Part shown: piece after piece, positions 42,257 to 56,465 of the stretch | Numbering within the stretch: position 1 is the first letter of the stretch | Layout: each line of letters starts with the position of its first letter | Source of the DNA: Chrysomallon squamiferum | Lineage: Eukaryota > Animalia > Mollusca | Assembly: GCA_012295275.1 (NCBI GenBank) | Contig: CM022665.1 | Coordinates: 23,684,001-23,748,000, forward strand | Direction: 5' to 3' | Length of the DNA stretch: 64,000 bases | Program-made: the position numbers and the translations under genes | Notes under the pieces: generated by a model | Told to the model about the DNA's origin: nothing | The model's database searches: none | Seen by the model: the letters and a program-made list of their open reading frames with translations, nothing else

Positions 42257-43539
42257 CTGTATCTGTGTTTGTGTGTATGTGTTTACGATTGTGTTTGTAT
42301 ATGTCTGTGTTTGTGGGTTTGTGTTCATGTGCTTATTAGTGTATATGGGTGTACGTAACAGAGTATATAGTGTTAATGGCTGAAATATACAAAAATACGT
42401 TACTTACGATGAATAGATTAAAAGTATTTATACCTTAAGAGCAACAACTGAGTGCTTTTCATATAATACGTAAATAGTGCAAAAAGATTATCACAGGGGA
42501 TTTACTCTGATGAATTATTAATAACGATTATCTGTTTTGTAATTTCATATGGGAAAAGAAAACCAGTTTATCACATAACCAGCATGTTTCAGCTCGTATC
42601 TTACAAAAGAAATAATTAATGCGTCATATATGTGCGATAACTACCCAGAATAATGTTTAATCAAGCATTCCCTGATGTTAACGGCATTCTCAGCAAATGC
42701 ATCCAGTGGGATTCACTAACATTCATTATACATACTGATTAAGAATTCTTAACCATAGCTTCCAAAACAAAGGAATTATGCGACCAAAAATTCAAGATAT
42801 CTGTCCGATTGTGTTATAATTCAGCAGAGATTAACTAATCTATCTGACATGACAATGACAAATCCTAAATCATTGTTTAAACGTCAGTTTTCATATTTTC
42901 AAAATGGTTTAAATTAACAGATATTTTCTTTCTTTCTTTCTTTTTAAAAACATTATAACAATGAAACACATTCGGAATGCTACTTATTATTAATGATGAA
43001 TATTACTATCTAAAATTCTAGACAAACGAAAAGACAGTTCGTGGTTGTTGTTATTGTTTTCAAATATAGGTTGTTGTTTTTTTAAATTTGGACAAAAACC
43101 TACAGAGTAGAATTACACTTTAAAAATATTCGTGTAGTTTTAAACAAAATTATTGTGTATCGGAAATAGATTTTAAACATGATTTCATTAAAGAATATTC
43201 CAGTATTCCTGACATGGGAACAAGATAATTCCGTCCTAGCTGAAGCCAGCATTTATATCAGGGACAGCAACTCGGAGGAATCTACCCGAATCTTTGGTAT
43301 GATACACGTTTTTTGCATTGAAACGGATATCCAAGAAAAGTTCTAAATAAGAGTTGTCTATATTTTAAATTGCATAATATAAATTTTGCAATCCACAGCT
43401 TCGTTCTGAAGACTCCATAAAGATTTGTTTTTTTTTGCATGGACAGCTGTCATCATATCCCTATAATACATGCCTGAAGAGGTTAATTTTATCTTCAGTT
43501 CTAACAATACAACAAGGAGAAAATCAAAATGTCACCCAC

Positions 43540-43745
43540 CTTATGAACATTTCTACTCCTGTCTCCTCGATTCGTCTTTTAATTCCTCTCCATGATTGCT
43601 TCAGCTTGAAGATCTGGCGAGCGTCTAAAGGCAGCTGGTCGTTAACTGGTATTTGTGAAAATGCTTTTTCATCCTTTTCTTCAGCCGCTTTTCCTGCTTT
43701 GCCCTGCTCCTTTTGATTTGACAACGTGCTTTTCCTACAGCCCAT
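43540..43745 (-). CDS. Globin C (N-acylated globin X-like/neuroglobin-like), coding exon 1 of 3; CDS complement join(14124-14486,20558-20789,43540-43745), 266 aa
   Basis: Translates MGCRKSTLSNQKEQGKAGKAAEEKDEKAFSQIPVNDQLPLDARQIFKLKQSWRGIKRRIEETGVEMFI+AG followed by donor GTGGGT. 206 nt, phase 2. It is the only globin exon 1 I found upstream of the exon at 20558-20789, which implies a 22,750-bp intron. Confidence 0.92.
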
Positions 43746-44678
43746 TGTTTCCTGACGAAATTCTTTATTTTTGTTTTCTTAGTAAATCCTTTCTACATAT
43801 AATTAAAATCAAAACTTCAGCATTAAATTTGCCCATCAAAAAAAAAAAAAAAAAAAAACCTACTTTAGGGATTCTTATAACACATTTGCATTAGATTTTT
43901 TTATTTTCTTAAATGAAAAAGAAAATAACTTTATTAAATACCGCAAAAATAAAAAAAAATTATATGGTTTAAAATTCTTCAGTTTGCTTGTACTATTACG
44001 GAACGTGTATGAAACGTTAGCACATAAAATTTCCACGGTATTTCCTTGCTGCCGCCTCTATTGCTAGCGATTTAAATACGAAACACTTTTTTTTTTTTTT
44101 TTTTTTTTTTTGTTGTTGTAATTAAGATAACATATTCCGCCACGTTCCGATGCTGGTTAAGGTATCAGAAGTTCATGCAAGTATATTAAACTTCACTCAG
44201 ACTTTGACGTAAAGAATGTTGACTTAACGCTGCGAATAAAACCCTTATATATACATACGTATATAATCTCGCTAGTGGGCAGGCACCATCTAATGTGCGA
44301 CTCATACCGCCATCTAGTGGCGAAAAAGAAGAAAAATCGATAAATTGATAACCTGAGCATGAACGCTGGATTAGATTTAGAGCCGGGCTTTCATTCATAT
44401 TTGTCAACTTGAGATAAACCTATGCGCTGCTGCTTCCATGCAAAAAACACAGACCCTTGGCCCTTGACGACAGAAAAGCTGATTATTCCTAAACGTTTAC
44501 AAGAAGCGCAGTCAGCCGAACAGTTTACCATTGTTATAATATTTACTTTTCATAATATTTCGTAAGTATGAGATATAAGCATTGCGTACGTACGTGTTTT
44601 AAAGTGCTTGTGTTTAGTTGTCTGTGGTACGCATCTAAATTAACGGGCAACTAAATACATGGACACTTTCTGACTCAT

Positions 44679-44727
<49 letters not shown>

Positions 44728-44987
44728 AAGTATAATATTTAAAAACACTATCGTTTTTTCAACAATATTCATTTTCTGTTCTAAGCAGCATCACGTATTC
44801 GATTATTCTGTACATTTGTTTAAAAGTCTGATATTATATGATTTATCCTAATATATGTTTTTTCAAGTTAATCAAAGTATAAATCCTTTAAAAGAAAAAC
44901 AAGAAAAATAAACAGAACATTTTTTCCAGTTTTCAGAGAGATGGAAACATAAAAAGATTTCTTTATATTTTTCTTTTCCTTAACGTA

Positions 44988-45024
<37 letters not shown>

Positions 45025-45482
45025 CTTTTCACTGATTTCTTCTTCCTCTTCTTTCTGCTCCCAAAGTAAAACAACCAATAATGATGATAATGTAATTAGA
45101 AAAAAACCTGGAACATATTCACGTTGTAAATTAAAGGCCTCTGTCTGGCAGTGGTTTTGTGTTTACTGTTAGTAATAACAGAATGTGTGCTGAGATAGTA
45201 CGTTGTAAAAATACATGCGATACAATTGCCCTGTTTATTCTCGGTTTTTCCTGCTTTATCAGTTCACTAAATGGTTTGCAGATGTTTCTCTCAGATAGAG
45301 ATTAGCACGTCCAAGTATAGATGATTCATTATCTTAATTTGTTTGATTTGTCCGCCTTGATAGCTGAGTAAAAGCTAAACTGATGTAAGATATATCCATC
45401 ATTTGATAAGAAAAAAATATATAAAAAAACTTTGAAATGTAAATCGGCACATACAAATGTCAGAATACACGTACACGTTTAT

Positions 45483-45554
<72 letters not shown>

Positions 45555-46112
45555 AGATACATATAATAAATATAGCATACGCACACATGCACACAGACAT
45601 ACTCCCTCACACACACACACACACTTATAACAGCGTATAATATTAAAGTAAAAAGTGCGTGCAGATGTTATCGTTACAAGCTCGTCTTCTTTTCCAAATT
45701 TTTCTTATAAATCCTTTAAGAGAGAGAGAGAGATGGTGTTGAAAACGAGAGAAGAAAAAATAAGAAAAGGAAAATAAAACATCGAGTTAAGCGAGAGGTA
45801 ATACGTAATATTATTTATACCAAATTGTTCTGTAACAATGACAGCGTCATTCTGAATAATGTAATGAAAGTGTAATACTCTCTTCACTGGCTGATTCGAT
45901 TATAGAAATGTTCCCGCCTACCTTGTTAAGCACGTTACATCACTCATATCATGAAAGACATTTACAAATCTCTAGTGTGCTGAATGACAAGCAAAATACA
46001 CTGGTGAGCTGTATAAGAAATAAAAATTGCTCATATATTGGAAATCAGATGAAATTCAGGAATACACAGAAAAAGTGGATAAAATCGAAGTTGCAAATGC
46101 ACAAATGGATAG

Positions 46113-46825
46113 TTATTATTATACCATATTTATACAGCACCTTGTCCATACTAAGTACAAGGGTGCTTTACAATGTAAACTAATAAACTCATATAAAAAG
46201 GCATGGCGATAAACATATTAAAATAAATGTAAACATATTAGTAAACATCTTAAAATAGTGGTAAAAATAAATGTCAGATTTTAAAATTGTATAAGATAAT
46301 TAATAGACTAGCTAGAATTGGGAAAATAAAACGTAACTATATATTAACACAGTGGATTTGAAAGAAATGGGTCTTTAGTAGTGTTTTGAATGAAGTTGTT
46401 GTTTCAGCCTCCTTGATGTTACTTGGGAGTGAGTTCCACAAAGCCGATGCAGAAGAACTGAAATTTCTCTGACCTTATGTAGTTGTTCTTATTCTTGGGT
46501 GTTACTAATCTTAATGAACTCTGTGACTGTAGAGTCCTACTTGGCCTGTACACTTTCAGCATGTTCTTGGTGTATTCTGGGTAACCATCGTTCAAGGCAT
46601 TGTACGTATGGACCAGGAGCTTGTACTTTATCCCACACTGGACAGGCAACCAGTGGAGCTCCTTCAGTACTGGCGAGATGTGACTGTGACAGGCGACCGT
46701 GACATGATGTCCTGGACACGATGCATGCTGCTGTATTCTGGACCTGCCGCAGTTTGTAGAGCAAGGTGTTAGACAAAACGTGTAGTAGTTCATTGCAATA
46801 GCCCAGTCGTGACGTCACAAGACCA
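46113..46825 (-). mobile_element. 5'-truncated, decayed L2/CR1-group LINE (ORF2 C-terminus, 3' UTR stem-loop and (TAA)n tail)
   Basis: Frameshifted translation VTSRLGYCNELL...KLRQVQNTAACIV / HISPVLKELHWLPVQCGIKYKLLVHTYNALN...YRPSRTLQS / GQRNFSSSASALWNSLPSNIKEAETTTSFKTLLKTHFF matches the post-RT C-terminal region typical of L2 elements. The 3' end reads GTAAAGCACCCTTGT...ACAAGGTGCTGTATAAAT...TAATAATAA. Confidence 0.9.
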
Positions 46826-48687
46826 TTCGGTATGATTATTACAAAAGGTATATCGAGAATTTTTAATTTTCAGTTCTCTTCTGAAGCTTCTTTTATATCC
46901 ATGGGATGGGATTCTAAACATTAAAGTCATTGTTTTTGTTAGTGATAACTAAGGTCCTTCATTTATTATACTAAGGTAAAGTTCTTTACACCATTATCTT
47001 ATACAAGATTTCATAATCCTAACAAATGTACTGATTAACTTACTATATATCTTCCATTATTCAAATTCGAAATAAAATCAAACAGCGTGAAACGAACATT
47101 TAATAGCTTTTCATATTAAATTGAGATATATTTTACACTCTTGTTAATTCATATGGTTTTTAATGTTGTTGTTTTGTTTTTTGTTTGTTTCTTTGTTAGC
47201 TATTTTTTTTTTTTTCTTTTTTTTTTTTTTTTTCCTTTTTTAAATACCCTTTGACCTACTGCTCTTGGACTAGTGATATATCAGATCAACAGCGAAGATT
47301 CTTGCTCTGTCGTCATTCCTCGGTTTGTCTTTAACCTTGAATTGCTATTGTTTCTAATGCTGTACTCACTGACTTCTTCTTCTTTTTTTTTCCTGTTAAA
47401 AGCAATTTTATATCTTGTTATTGCATTGTTGTTTTGTTTCGGATGCGTTTAATCTCGTGCCGTTGATTTATTTATATACCTTCAGCACGCACGAATTTTG
47501 TTACAAATTCTTATAACTAAGTATCCGAGAAACGAAACGAGATTCGTCCACGAATATTCGTATAAAAAATTATGATACGTGCTTTTTTGACATTTGGAAA
47601 GCATATATTAAATAATAAAAATAATTATTATAATAATAATAATAATAATAATAATAAATGGAAAACTCAGTGTAGTTAACTCTCTCAGACAGTTTCTAAA
47701 GATTTCCCGATTAGAGAATCCAGTTTAATTATGGCAGGATATTTCCTTGTTCGTGTTATTATTACTTCGTTATAATTATAACCGTCAGTATAAATAAAAT
47801 ATGTTGAAGTGTCGCTAGCTATCCAGTCTCTTCTTTATTCTGCTGTCTAAGCTGCAATGTCTGTCGATCGTGCACGGATTCTAACAACTGTGTTTGTTAA
47901 CGACTACTTCAAGGCCTGTCTGTCATTGCTGGTTTCTGTTAAAATATGCCGACCTCGTCTCGAGAAAGACTCTAGAATACAATTATTGTTTTATTTAGAC
48001 GATTTATTTTTCTCTCTGCATCTTCCGTTCTATATTTCACATGCAGTACGCGGATAACCTGAAGACAATCAGAATTAACGTTTTCTGCTAATAGCGTAAA
48101 TATAATAGCAGTGCTTCTTGATGGGAGTTCAGTACTACAGTCTATTTGCACTGAGTAATTGCTTTTTTTTGTTAAACGATATCCAGATTTCACACACAGG
48201 TTTGAAACGGTTCCAGTGCACAACAACACAATGATCGTAAACTATTACAAAACGGATTACACACAAAAAAATAAACCAATATTATTTTTTATTTATTTCA
48301 GTAGTTCATAGAAATGCAATACATTATTTGTTTAGTCAGTTGTGTTTGTTTTTGTTGTTGTTATTTCTTTTTCTCTTCTTTTTTTTTTTTTTTTTTTTTT
48401 TTTGAAAATAGCTTCTAAAAGAAAATTAATAATTAATCCTAAAATTACAAGCAAATCCTGGACATTATGTCTTCCTTCCAGCTATGTGCATTATTATTTC
48501 CACAGTCAGTTATTATTTACAGTTGCGTGTAGAATTCAATAAACTGAGAGAAAATAGTTTTACTGTAATTAGCATGCACGTAAACCTAACTAAAAACCAA
48601 AATGAAAAAAATGTGTAATCTTTTAAAAATTAAATCTAATAATTATTAAATGTATATATGTGATTGTAATCATTGTATTCTTTATAA

Positions 48688-48755
<68 letters not shown>

Positions 48756-50270
48756 TCTCTCTCAGTGTGTGTGTGTGTGTGTATGTGTGTGTTCAGTAAA
48801 TATAAGGAGCACTGAAAACTTTCAAGTGTCCAAAGAAAGCTCTTAGCCTAATTTTACAGAATATTTTGAACTGGCTGACAGAATATGATACTAGGTCACA
48901 AAATGGTGATGACCTGGTGTCAAGTGTATGAAGACATCTATGTGAAATATTTTAGATTATGCTGCAGAATAAAATCTCGTAATTTGATTAATAAAGTACT
49001 GAAAGGAAAGATCGCAGCGTTCGACTATATCGATATGACAGTTTCTTTTGAAAATGTTTTCTGATCAAACGAACATTTTATACATATTAAGTTGAAAAAA
49101 ATAAAAAAACAAAAAATAAAAAGAAAGAGAGAAAATGATGTAAAATGCTTTAAGAAATGAAAAGTAGATTCATTAGATTTAAGAGAAACTAGAAAAGTTT
49201 TATTAATGCTTAAAACAATTAAGCTGATTTCGTTTCTCGACACATGATGTTCTCATTATCGTTTAAGACAAAAACGGATCGAATTTCTTAAACTTCTGTT
49301 CTATGAAGATTTCAGTTCAGAATTTTTGCTTTAAAGGTCATTTCCGAAGACACATATATAGCACGGTCACATCAGTCTTAAGTATGTGATTCACGTTAAT
49401 GTGTTTCTGAAACTAAATATAGATGTGAAATTCTCTTGGGGAGATGGGGAAGAAAAAAACAAAACAAGAAATAATATATTAAAATTATTTAAAAAACAAA
49501 AAAACAAAAACGGTAACTGTATATCGGTTCATAAAAGAAACCAGCTACATCAGATACCTAGGAAATAAAAAACAAGAAAAGGTAATATAATTCGATTTTA
49601 ATGAAAGGGGAAAAATAATAAAAAATAATAATTTCAAAAATAATTTGATACATTTAAATATAACAAAAGCTTTAAATATAAATGCAAGACAGAAATCTCG
49701 CTGACGTCAAGTGGGTAATGTTTGCAATTAATCGCAACACGTTCTTTATACGTAAAAAAAAACACACCAAAAACCAGGGTATTTGACGAAACAGTCTTGG
49801 TATACTGACTTGGATAGCCCAGAGAAGCACAGGTCATACTTCTAAACGGTGATCTAACGACTGCGTCTAATCTGTTTACAAGAGTTCAACGTTTCTGGTA
49901 ATGAAAGTTGACTCAAAGGGGTAAAGAACAAACTCTGTTTGTTAATGAATGACAGTCTTCATAATGAAATCAGTCGTTGTAATTATTAGAGAATTTTGAA
50001 TGTCCAGTCACGAATTTTGTTACTCTACGTAAAATGTTGGGAAATCAAGATATCACTACCGTGTGACGAATTACTAAGCTGGTGTTGTTAATAACAGTAA
50101 AAATGAATGGATGTGTGGTATAAATAAATGCGTGTGTATAGGTATCTGTTTGTATTTTTATTATTAAATCCAAAACTCGTGAAATATAATCAGATATTAT
50201 CTTAATTAGTTGTTTTTGTGTCTTTGTTGGTGTTTTTTTTGTTTTGGTTGTTGTTGTTGTTGTTGTTGTT

Positions 50271-50329
<59 letters not shown>

Positions 50330-50710
50330 TTATATTTAATAGTTTTCTATTTTTTTTAAATTTTGAATATATTATTATTTTTATTTTTTATTTTTTATTT
50401 TTTTTTTTTACTTTTATTTTACTTTTTTTTTAATTTATTTATTTATTGTTTTTTTTTTTTTGTTTTTTTTGTATACAGATTAGAGACGTCATTGATTTGT
50501 TTCTCGGTCTAGAATCCCTATAAAAAGTCAGTTAATGTAAAAATCTATTTTCTAAAAATATCTTGACATTCAGTATCTTATTTTAAAGTAAATATGATAC
50601 AGTTATTTATGGGGTTGTTTTTTTCTTTGTTTTGGTTTTGTTTTGTTGTTGTTTCCGCACTGTTATTAATACTTTATGCGGGAAAAAAACAATCAAACTG
50701 ATATTTTTTA

Positions 50711-50752
<42 letters not shown>

Positions 50753-52699
50753 CTTTTTTTTTAGGCAGTTTTTCGCATAAAGCGTCACCGATTTAAAAAA
50801 ATACTGAAATTCTTTACATGCAAAATATGTTATTGCTGTATTAAAGCATAAGCCTGGTATCTACACTTCTAATGGTTTAATCACAGCACGCAAATACCAC
50901 CCCGAGACATGACGTAACCAGTAACAGAAATAAGAATTTCCTATATTTAATACAACAATTAAACTTTCCTAAATTAAGCTAAACTGTAATTTGCACCATT
51001 GGATATTTCTAAATTATTTATTCTAATCTGTAAACACGCGAATTAAGAATAAATACATCAATGGATGACAAATTGTAATATCTTAATAAATTTATAGACG
51101 ACAGTAATCATAGCTATAGATTTTAAACAAGTGCTAGTTAACAAAGGAAGTTAGACTATTAGGTAGCTACCGACAATAAACTGTTCACGCAGTACATATA
51201 CTATGAACTTCAAACATGACACAAATACTTAATTACATATCCAGATTAACCAGAGAGTAAAGTATCACCAGAATGGATTTACATTAAGATAAAACACCCC
51301 TTAGCAGGTACATAACACTATATTCAATGTCTCTTACTATCTCACGTATTCATCTCACGAATGAATCTCGAATGTTCTCTAGCTACATCCCCTAAGAAAA
51401 GTCGTCAAAATCTCCCATAACTACACACCAAACGGGCAGAACATATAAAATAATAACTGTTACAGTTTTGATAAAAATTATATCAAAGATTTATCTGGAC
51501 TGGGATCACTGCTGGTGGAGTACTAGTTCAGTGATAGTTTTTGAGTTGTATGAAGATATCGGTCGCAATACTATTCATAAATGTTTTGCATCATATAATG
51601 GGAATCACATTATTTTGTTTTTAGTATTATTAGTTGCGCTTACGTATAACTTTCTTTATATATATATATATAGAATTATAATTTTATTACTGTGTATAAA
51701 AAGATGAGACTTTTCTATATCTCTGCATACAAAATAAAACGTAGACTATTTAAATTGTTATAATGAGTTATTATTAAATACTATTTCTGATGCTGACTGT
51801 TGTTGGGTTAGTAACGCCATTAGTTATATGTAAAATAACGAAAACTCTACATAAGTTTATAGCTGTGAATGTTAAAGTTAAGCACTGCAATTATTATAAA
51901 ATATTTTATTTCAGAGGAAATGTAATTTGATTTAAGCTTGGGCAATCCATTGTGCAGGTGAGAAACATTCGACATAAAGGCAGTTCTCACTTCGACTTAA
52001 GTGTCTTTACTGAATGTAAGTCGAGTGCCTCCCACGTGCTGTGAGTAGGAGGAATGCCCACTAGCTAGTGATAGCACAGGGGTTAAATAGGTGTGAAAAC
52101 TGTGTGTTAACAGGCGCATACTGTAAACGTGGCTACTTGCAGTTTCATCATTCAGAGATTATGAAATACGAATTTCACTTATGTTTAGGGAACTGTTTGT
52201 AGTGCTCGTTTTATTTGGAGATAATTTTTCTTCTCTTTTCTCTTTTGCTTGTAATTCGGTGTATTTTTCTGATTTTATTTGTATGTTTTAGAGAATTTAA
52301 TAATGTTTCTGCAGCTTCTAGATCAATAAACCCGACAACGCCTTCGAGTTAAATGAACCCACGGAGATAATAATTGTGCCTCTGGATAGAGTTTTTCAAT
52401 TTTCGGCAAAATAAAACAAAACAAAAACCTTTAGGCATATTACTGTTAGTACTATCTTCATCATCATCAGCATCATCATCAACATACCATAACTTCTGCA
52501 GTAACAAAACAATAGATCAATTTGACATGAAAACTAATGAAAATCTAGAAAAGATATATAATGTGGTAGAAATTATATAAATATATCAAAATAGATATCG
52601 AGTACTATTTTTAAATCTGGTCATTTTTACATGGAAACGTAACCTGAAGTAAAGGTTCGTTTTCACCAGTCTGTTATTTACAATAACTTGGTCCAATTG

Positions 52700-52892
52700 A
52701 TCACCTAGTGAAAACGCTCTTACAACTCATTGTCTGTTGAAACGCCTCTGTGCTTAACCGTAATCTTGTCTAACTTATCGCCTAGTGAAAATTTCCTTCA
52801 CTTTACGACAATTTGACGAAATTTACTGCCTAGTGAAAACTCCCCTTTACCATTAGCAGGTTTAACTAGTCGCATAGTGAGAAAGCTCCTTC
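52700..52892 (+). repeat. Degenerate minisatellite with conserved CCTAGTGAAAA core, ~44-48 bp period
   Basis: Core at 52704, 52781 and 52829, with the variant CATAGTGAGAAA at 52873. Confidence 0.65.
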
Positions 52893-53769
52893 AGGCGCAT
52901 CGTCACCTTAAGGGTTAACGACATAGTTTGGCTTCGATGAGAGCAGGATCATCTGTGTCAAGTCCGATATCGATGTGCTGAAAGAACCGATGCTAGCTTG
53001 TTATTTATATTTTAATTGGTCAACATTGGCTTGGAGCAGAATTTGAACGTGTGATGTTCTGTAAAGACCAAATTTGGTAATCTTCTTTTTTCAGGTTTTT
53101 TTTTTTTTTTTTTTCTTAATTCGTTTGTGATTGTATGAGCCTTTTAAAAATCGTTTTACATCTCCTTAAGCGTATTTGCACTTTTTAAAGTTAATATCGG
53201 TCACCTTTCATAATGAACATAATGTGACAGTCGTGCCATAAATTATTAAACCAACTGAGTTTTTCTCGTTCCACATCCACATCCACCTTTGATCATAGGT
53301 GTGAAGTATCTGCCAGAAAATAATTGTTGCAGTTCTTTATTTTTAACATCGTTGGTAGAATTGGGAGCTAGGACCACGCTGTAAAAACTCATGGTTGCGA
53401 TCTAATTTTTCGTTTAATCTTCTATGCTTCTGACGACTTTGATCGTGCCTCTAATAGTACCTGTCCAGTGAGGCAAATGAAGGATGGAACTGAAAGCCGC
53501 CATTGCAGTTAAATTGTTGAAACGATTATTTACCTGGTTATGTTAACTTCAGAGAAACATATATAATCAGTCGTTTCATGAAGCTTTCGTAACTGTTAAA
53601 TGATATGAAAGTAAAGTGACAGTTTATTATAAGGCATACCTATTTGAGGTGATTTGTAATGAATATGTTAGAAATTATATTTATTAATTGACTTTTGTGA
53701 TACTGTTAATAAGAAAAAAAGGAATTGAAAAAAGTGAGTTATAGAAAAAGAAACAAAGGAAAATAATGG

Positions 53770-53815
<46 letters not shown>

Positions 53816-55819
53816 ATTGATTGATTGGAGATTGATTGATTGGAGATTACACTGTCTCACAAACTGTCTAATAAACGGGTGTCTGACAAATGGAACCATT
53901 CAACCATTATACTCGATTCTTACTGACAGGCACAGATAAATGACGCTGGTGTCAGGCTTTTTTTTTTTTTTCACTTGTTTATTTATATATGTATGTGTGT
54001 GTGTGTTGTTGTGTGTGGGTGTGCGTGCGTGTTAGTGTTATACTTTAGTTATTGTTGATGATCTTGTTACTGTTGTAGTTAATTATCATTATTATTGTTA
54101 TCAACATCATTATCATCATCATTACTTTTCGGTATTGCTTGTTTATTTTTGTTGTTTTTTCAAAAGAATAAAAAGCATTGTTAAAGTCTATTCAAGCAGG
54201 ATAAAGTAATTAATCATTATTTTCTTTTGTTTTGTTTTGCTTGTTTGTTATTAATGTTTGTTTTGGCAGTTTTCTGCTGTTGCTGTTGTTGTTGTTGTTG
54301 TTTTCCCATTTGTTTCTTTTAAAAAATATTTTTTTCTATTATTTTATTATTATTTTTTCGTATGTCACGTATGACACTAATATGATTTGAGAATAGGAGA
54401 ACACTTCTCCTGAACTGTCTTTCAATGACAGAAAAATGACCTGCATCTTCCTTGAAACCAGAATCATCGGTTTAATATTTTCCTGTTCATACGCTGATCT
54501 GGCGGGTAGACATCACCCTCCCTCTTTTGCCTACCTTCTTCTTCTTTTTTCTCTTTAATATAAAATGAAAGTTATATCTACCACAGTGAAATGCCACCCA
54601 CCTCTGTTTCTTACTAAATCTTGGACCCGCCCGTACAGTTTCATGTAACCTGTTCTAAATTAGATATCTAATATGAAATTTTACCATCTCAGTACTAAGT
54701 GGATTCGTGACTCCAAAAAAAAAAAAAAAAAAAAATAAAAAACCCAGTAAATTCTGTCAAAGCTGTAAACAATATACATGTAATATGTGTGCAAGTGTGT
54801 GTGTGTGTGTGTGAATATATGTATGTATGTACATGTGTGTTTGCGTATATGTAACCATATGTTTGTGTGTATGTATGTGGGTATGCATGTGTGTATGAAT
54901 GTATATATGTATCTGTGTATTTATTTACGATCAGACAAACAATCGGTTTTACAAATGTGAAAAACATTTTACAAAACCAGTATTTACTTTCAAATAGGTG
55001 TGTGTAATTCAGTAATTATCTCTCTACGTTTGGCATCAAAGGATTACATAATCACACAAATACTGATGCTTGATGCGTAACATTACGTTGTTTTTAAAAT
55101 ATCACTCTTTGATTCTAAACCCGTGAACACATTATATAGTTGTAACAGCCTAAACGTTTGATACCGAAGTGGTGATAAACATTACCTACTTTTCATACCA
55201 AGCCGGTGAACACACTACACAGTATTAACAGTCTAAACGTCAGATACTGATGACGGATTTATAACAAATAAAAACTTGTTGTCAAACCAGTAAGGGTTTT
55301 TACCTGGCTACGTTGTTGTTCAAATTAATGGACAAAGGGTTGATCTTTCTATCATGATAGAAACCAGATTTTTCGATCTACCAGCTTATGTGCAAGACTT
55401 GATTCAAAATCAATCTTACTGGCAGCTAGATATATTTTTATTGAAAATCGTATACGGTAATTGGTATTAATGATACGCGATGGCTTTTCTTATAAACAGA
55501 AATATTAGGTTTTCAACAAATGTAGACTTATAAATTACCACAAACTGATCGCAACCAAGATGAACCTGTCTGACACTCAGGATATCATTCTCCTGGAAGT
55601 AATAATTAACAATGAAGGGGAAAAAACCCTACAATACCTTATTGCTACAGCTATGAAACAACAGAAACATATAACCTAAGCAGACAGTGTTAACTTCACG
55701 AAGAAGCAATTTATCACTGAATAAGTTTTGACATTGAATAATGACTTTTCATTGCTTATAATTTCTTTCTTTTGTCACAGCCACATAGTTAAAAAGGGAC
55801 AATTTGTGCAGTGAAAAGT

Positions 55820-56150
55820 CATTAGTATTAGTAGGAACAGTAACAATGGCGGTAATGGTAGTGGTTGTGGTAGTAGTAGTGATGGTGGTAGTAGCAATAA
55901 CAGTAGTTATAGCAATAGTAGTGATGGTAGTGGTGGTAGTAATAGCAGTAGTATTAGCAGTTATTGTAGTAAAGGTAGTTGTAATAGTGGCAGTACTAGA
56001 GGTAGTTTTGGTACTGGTAGTAGAACTAGTAAGAGAGACAGTTAAATTAATGGTTGTGAAGGAGGAGTAGTAGTTGTGATAATAGTAGTAGCAGTAGCAG
56101 TATTAATTGTAGTTTAATAGTAGTAATACTAGTAGTATTTGTAATTGTAA
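55820..56150. repeat. Degenerate (GTA/GTG/GCA)n trinucleotide satellite
   Basis: Directly visible; yields a spurious Val-rich ORF. Confidence 0.9.
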
Positions 56151-56379
56151 TGATGCTGTTATTATTATTTATGTATTTTTATTTTTATGAATTTATTTTA
56201 AAACATGTTTGTCTTTTTGTTTTCTTCTTTGAAATATCTTCAGGAAATATTACATGATATGGTCTTCAAAAATTCATCGTTGCATTCAAGTTATAACATT
56301 TAGCTGCACTTCCATCTGCAGAAAAATGCCGAACATTTTAAATTTTATTTTCATTCTTGTTCAGTGTCTTCTAATTAAG

Positions 56380-56465
<86 letters not shown>

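Noticed and set aside
44591-44596. TACGTG hypoxia-response element upstream of the globin C start
   Set aside because: A single hexamer is expected by chance, and the true promoter position is unknown.
52700-52892. CRISPR-like repeat-spacer appearance
   Set aside because: The core is only ~11 bp, spacing is irregular, there are no cas genes and the context is eukaryotic.
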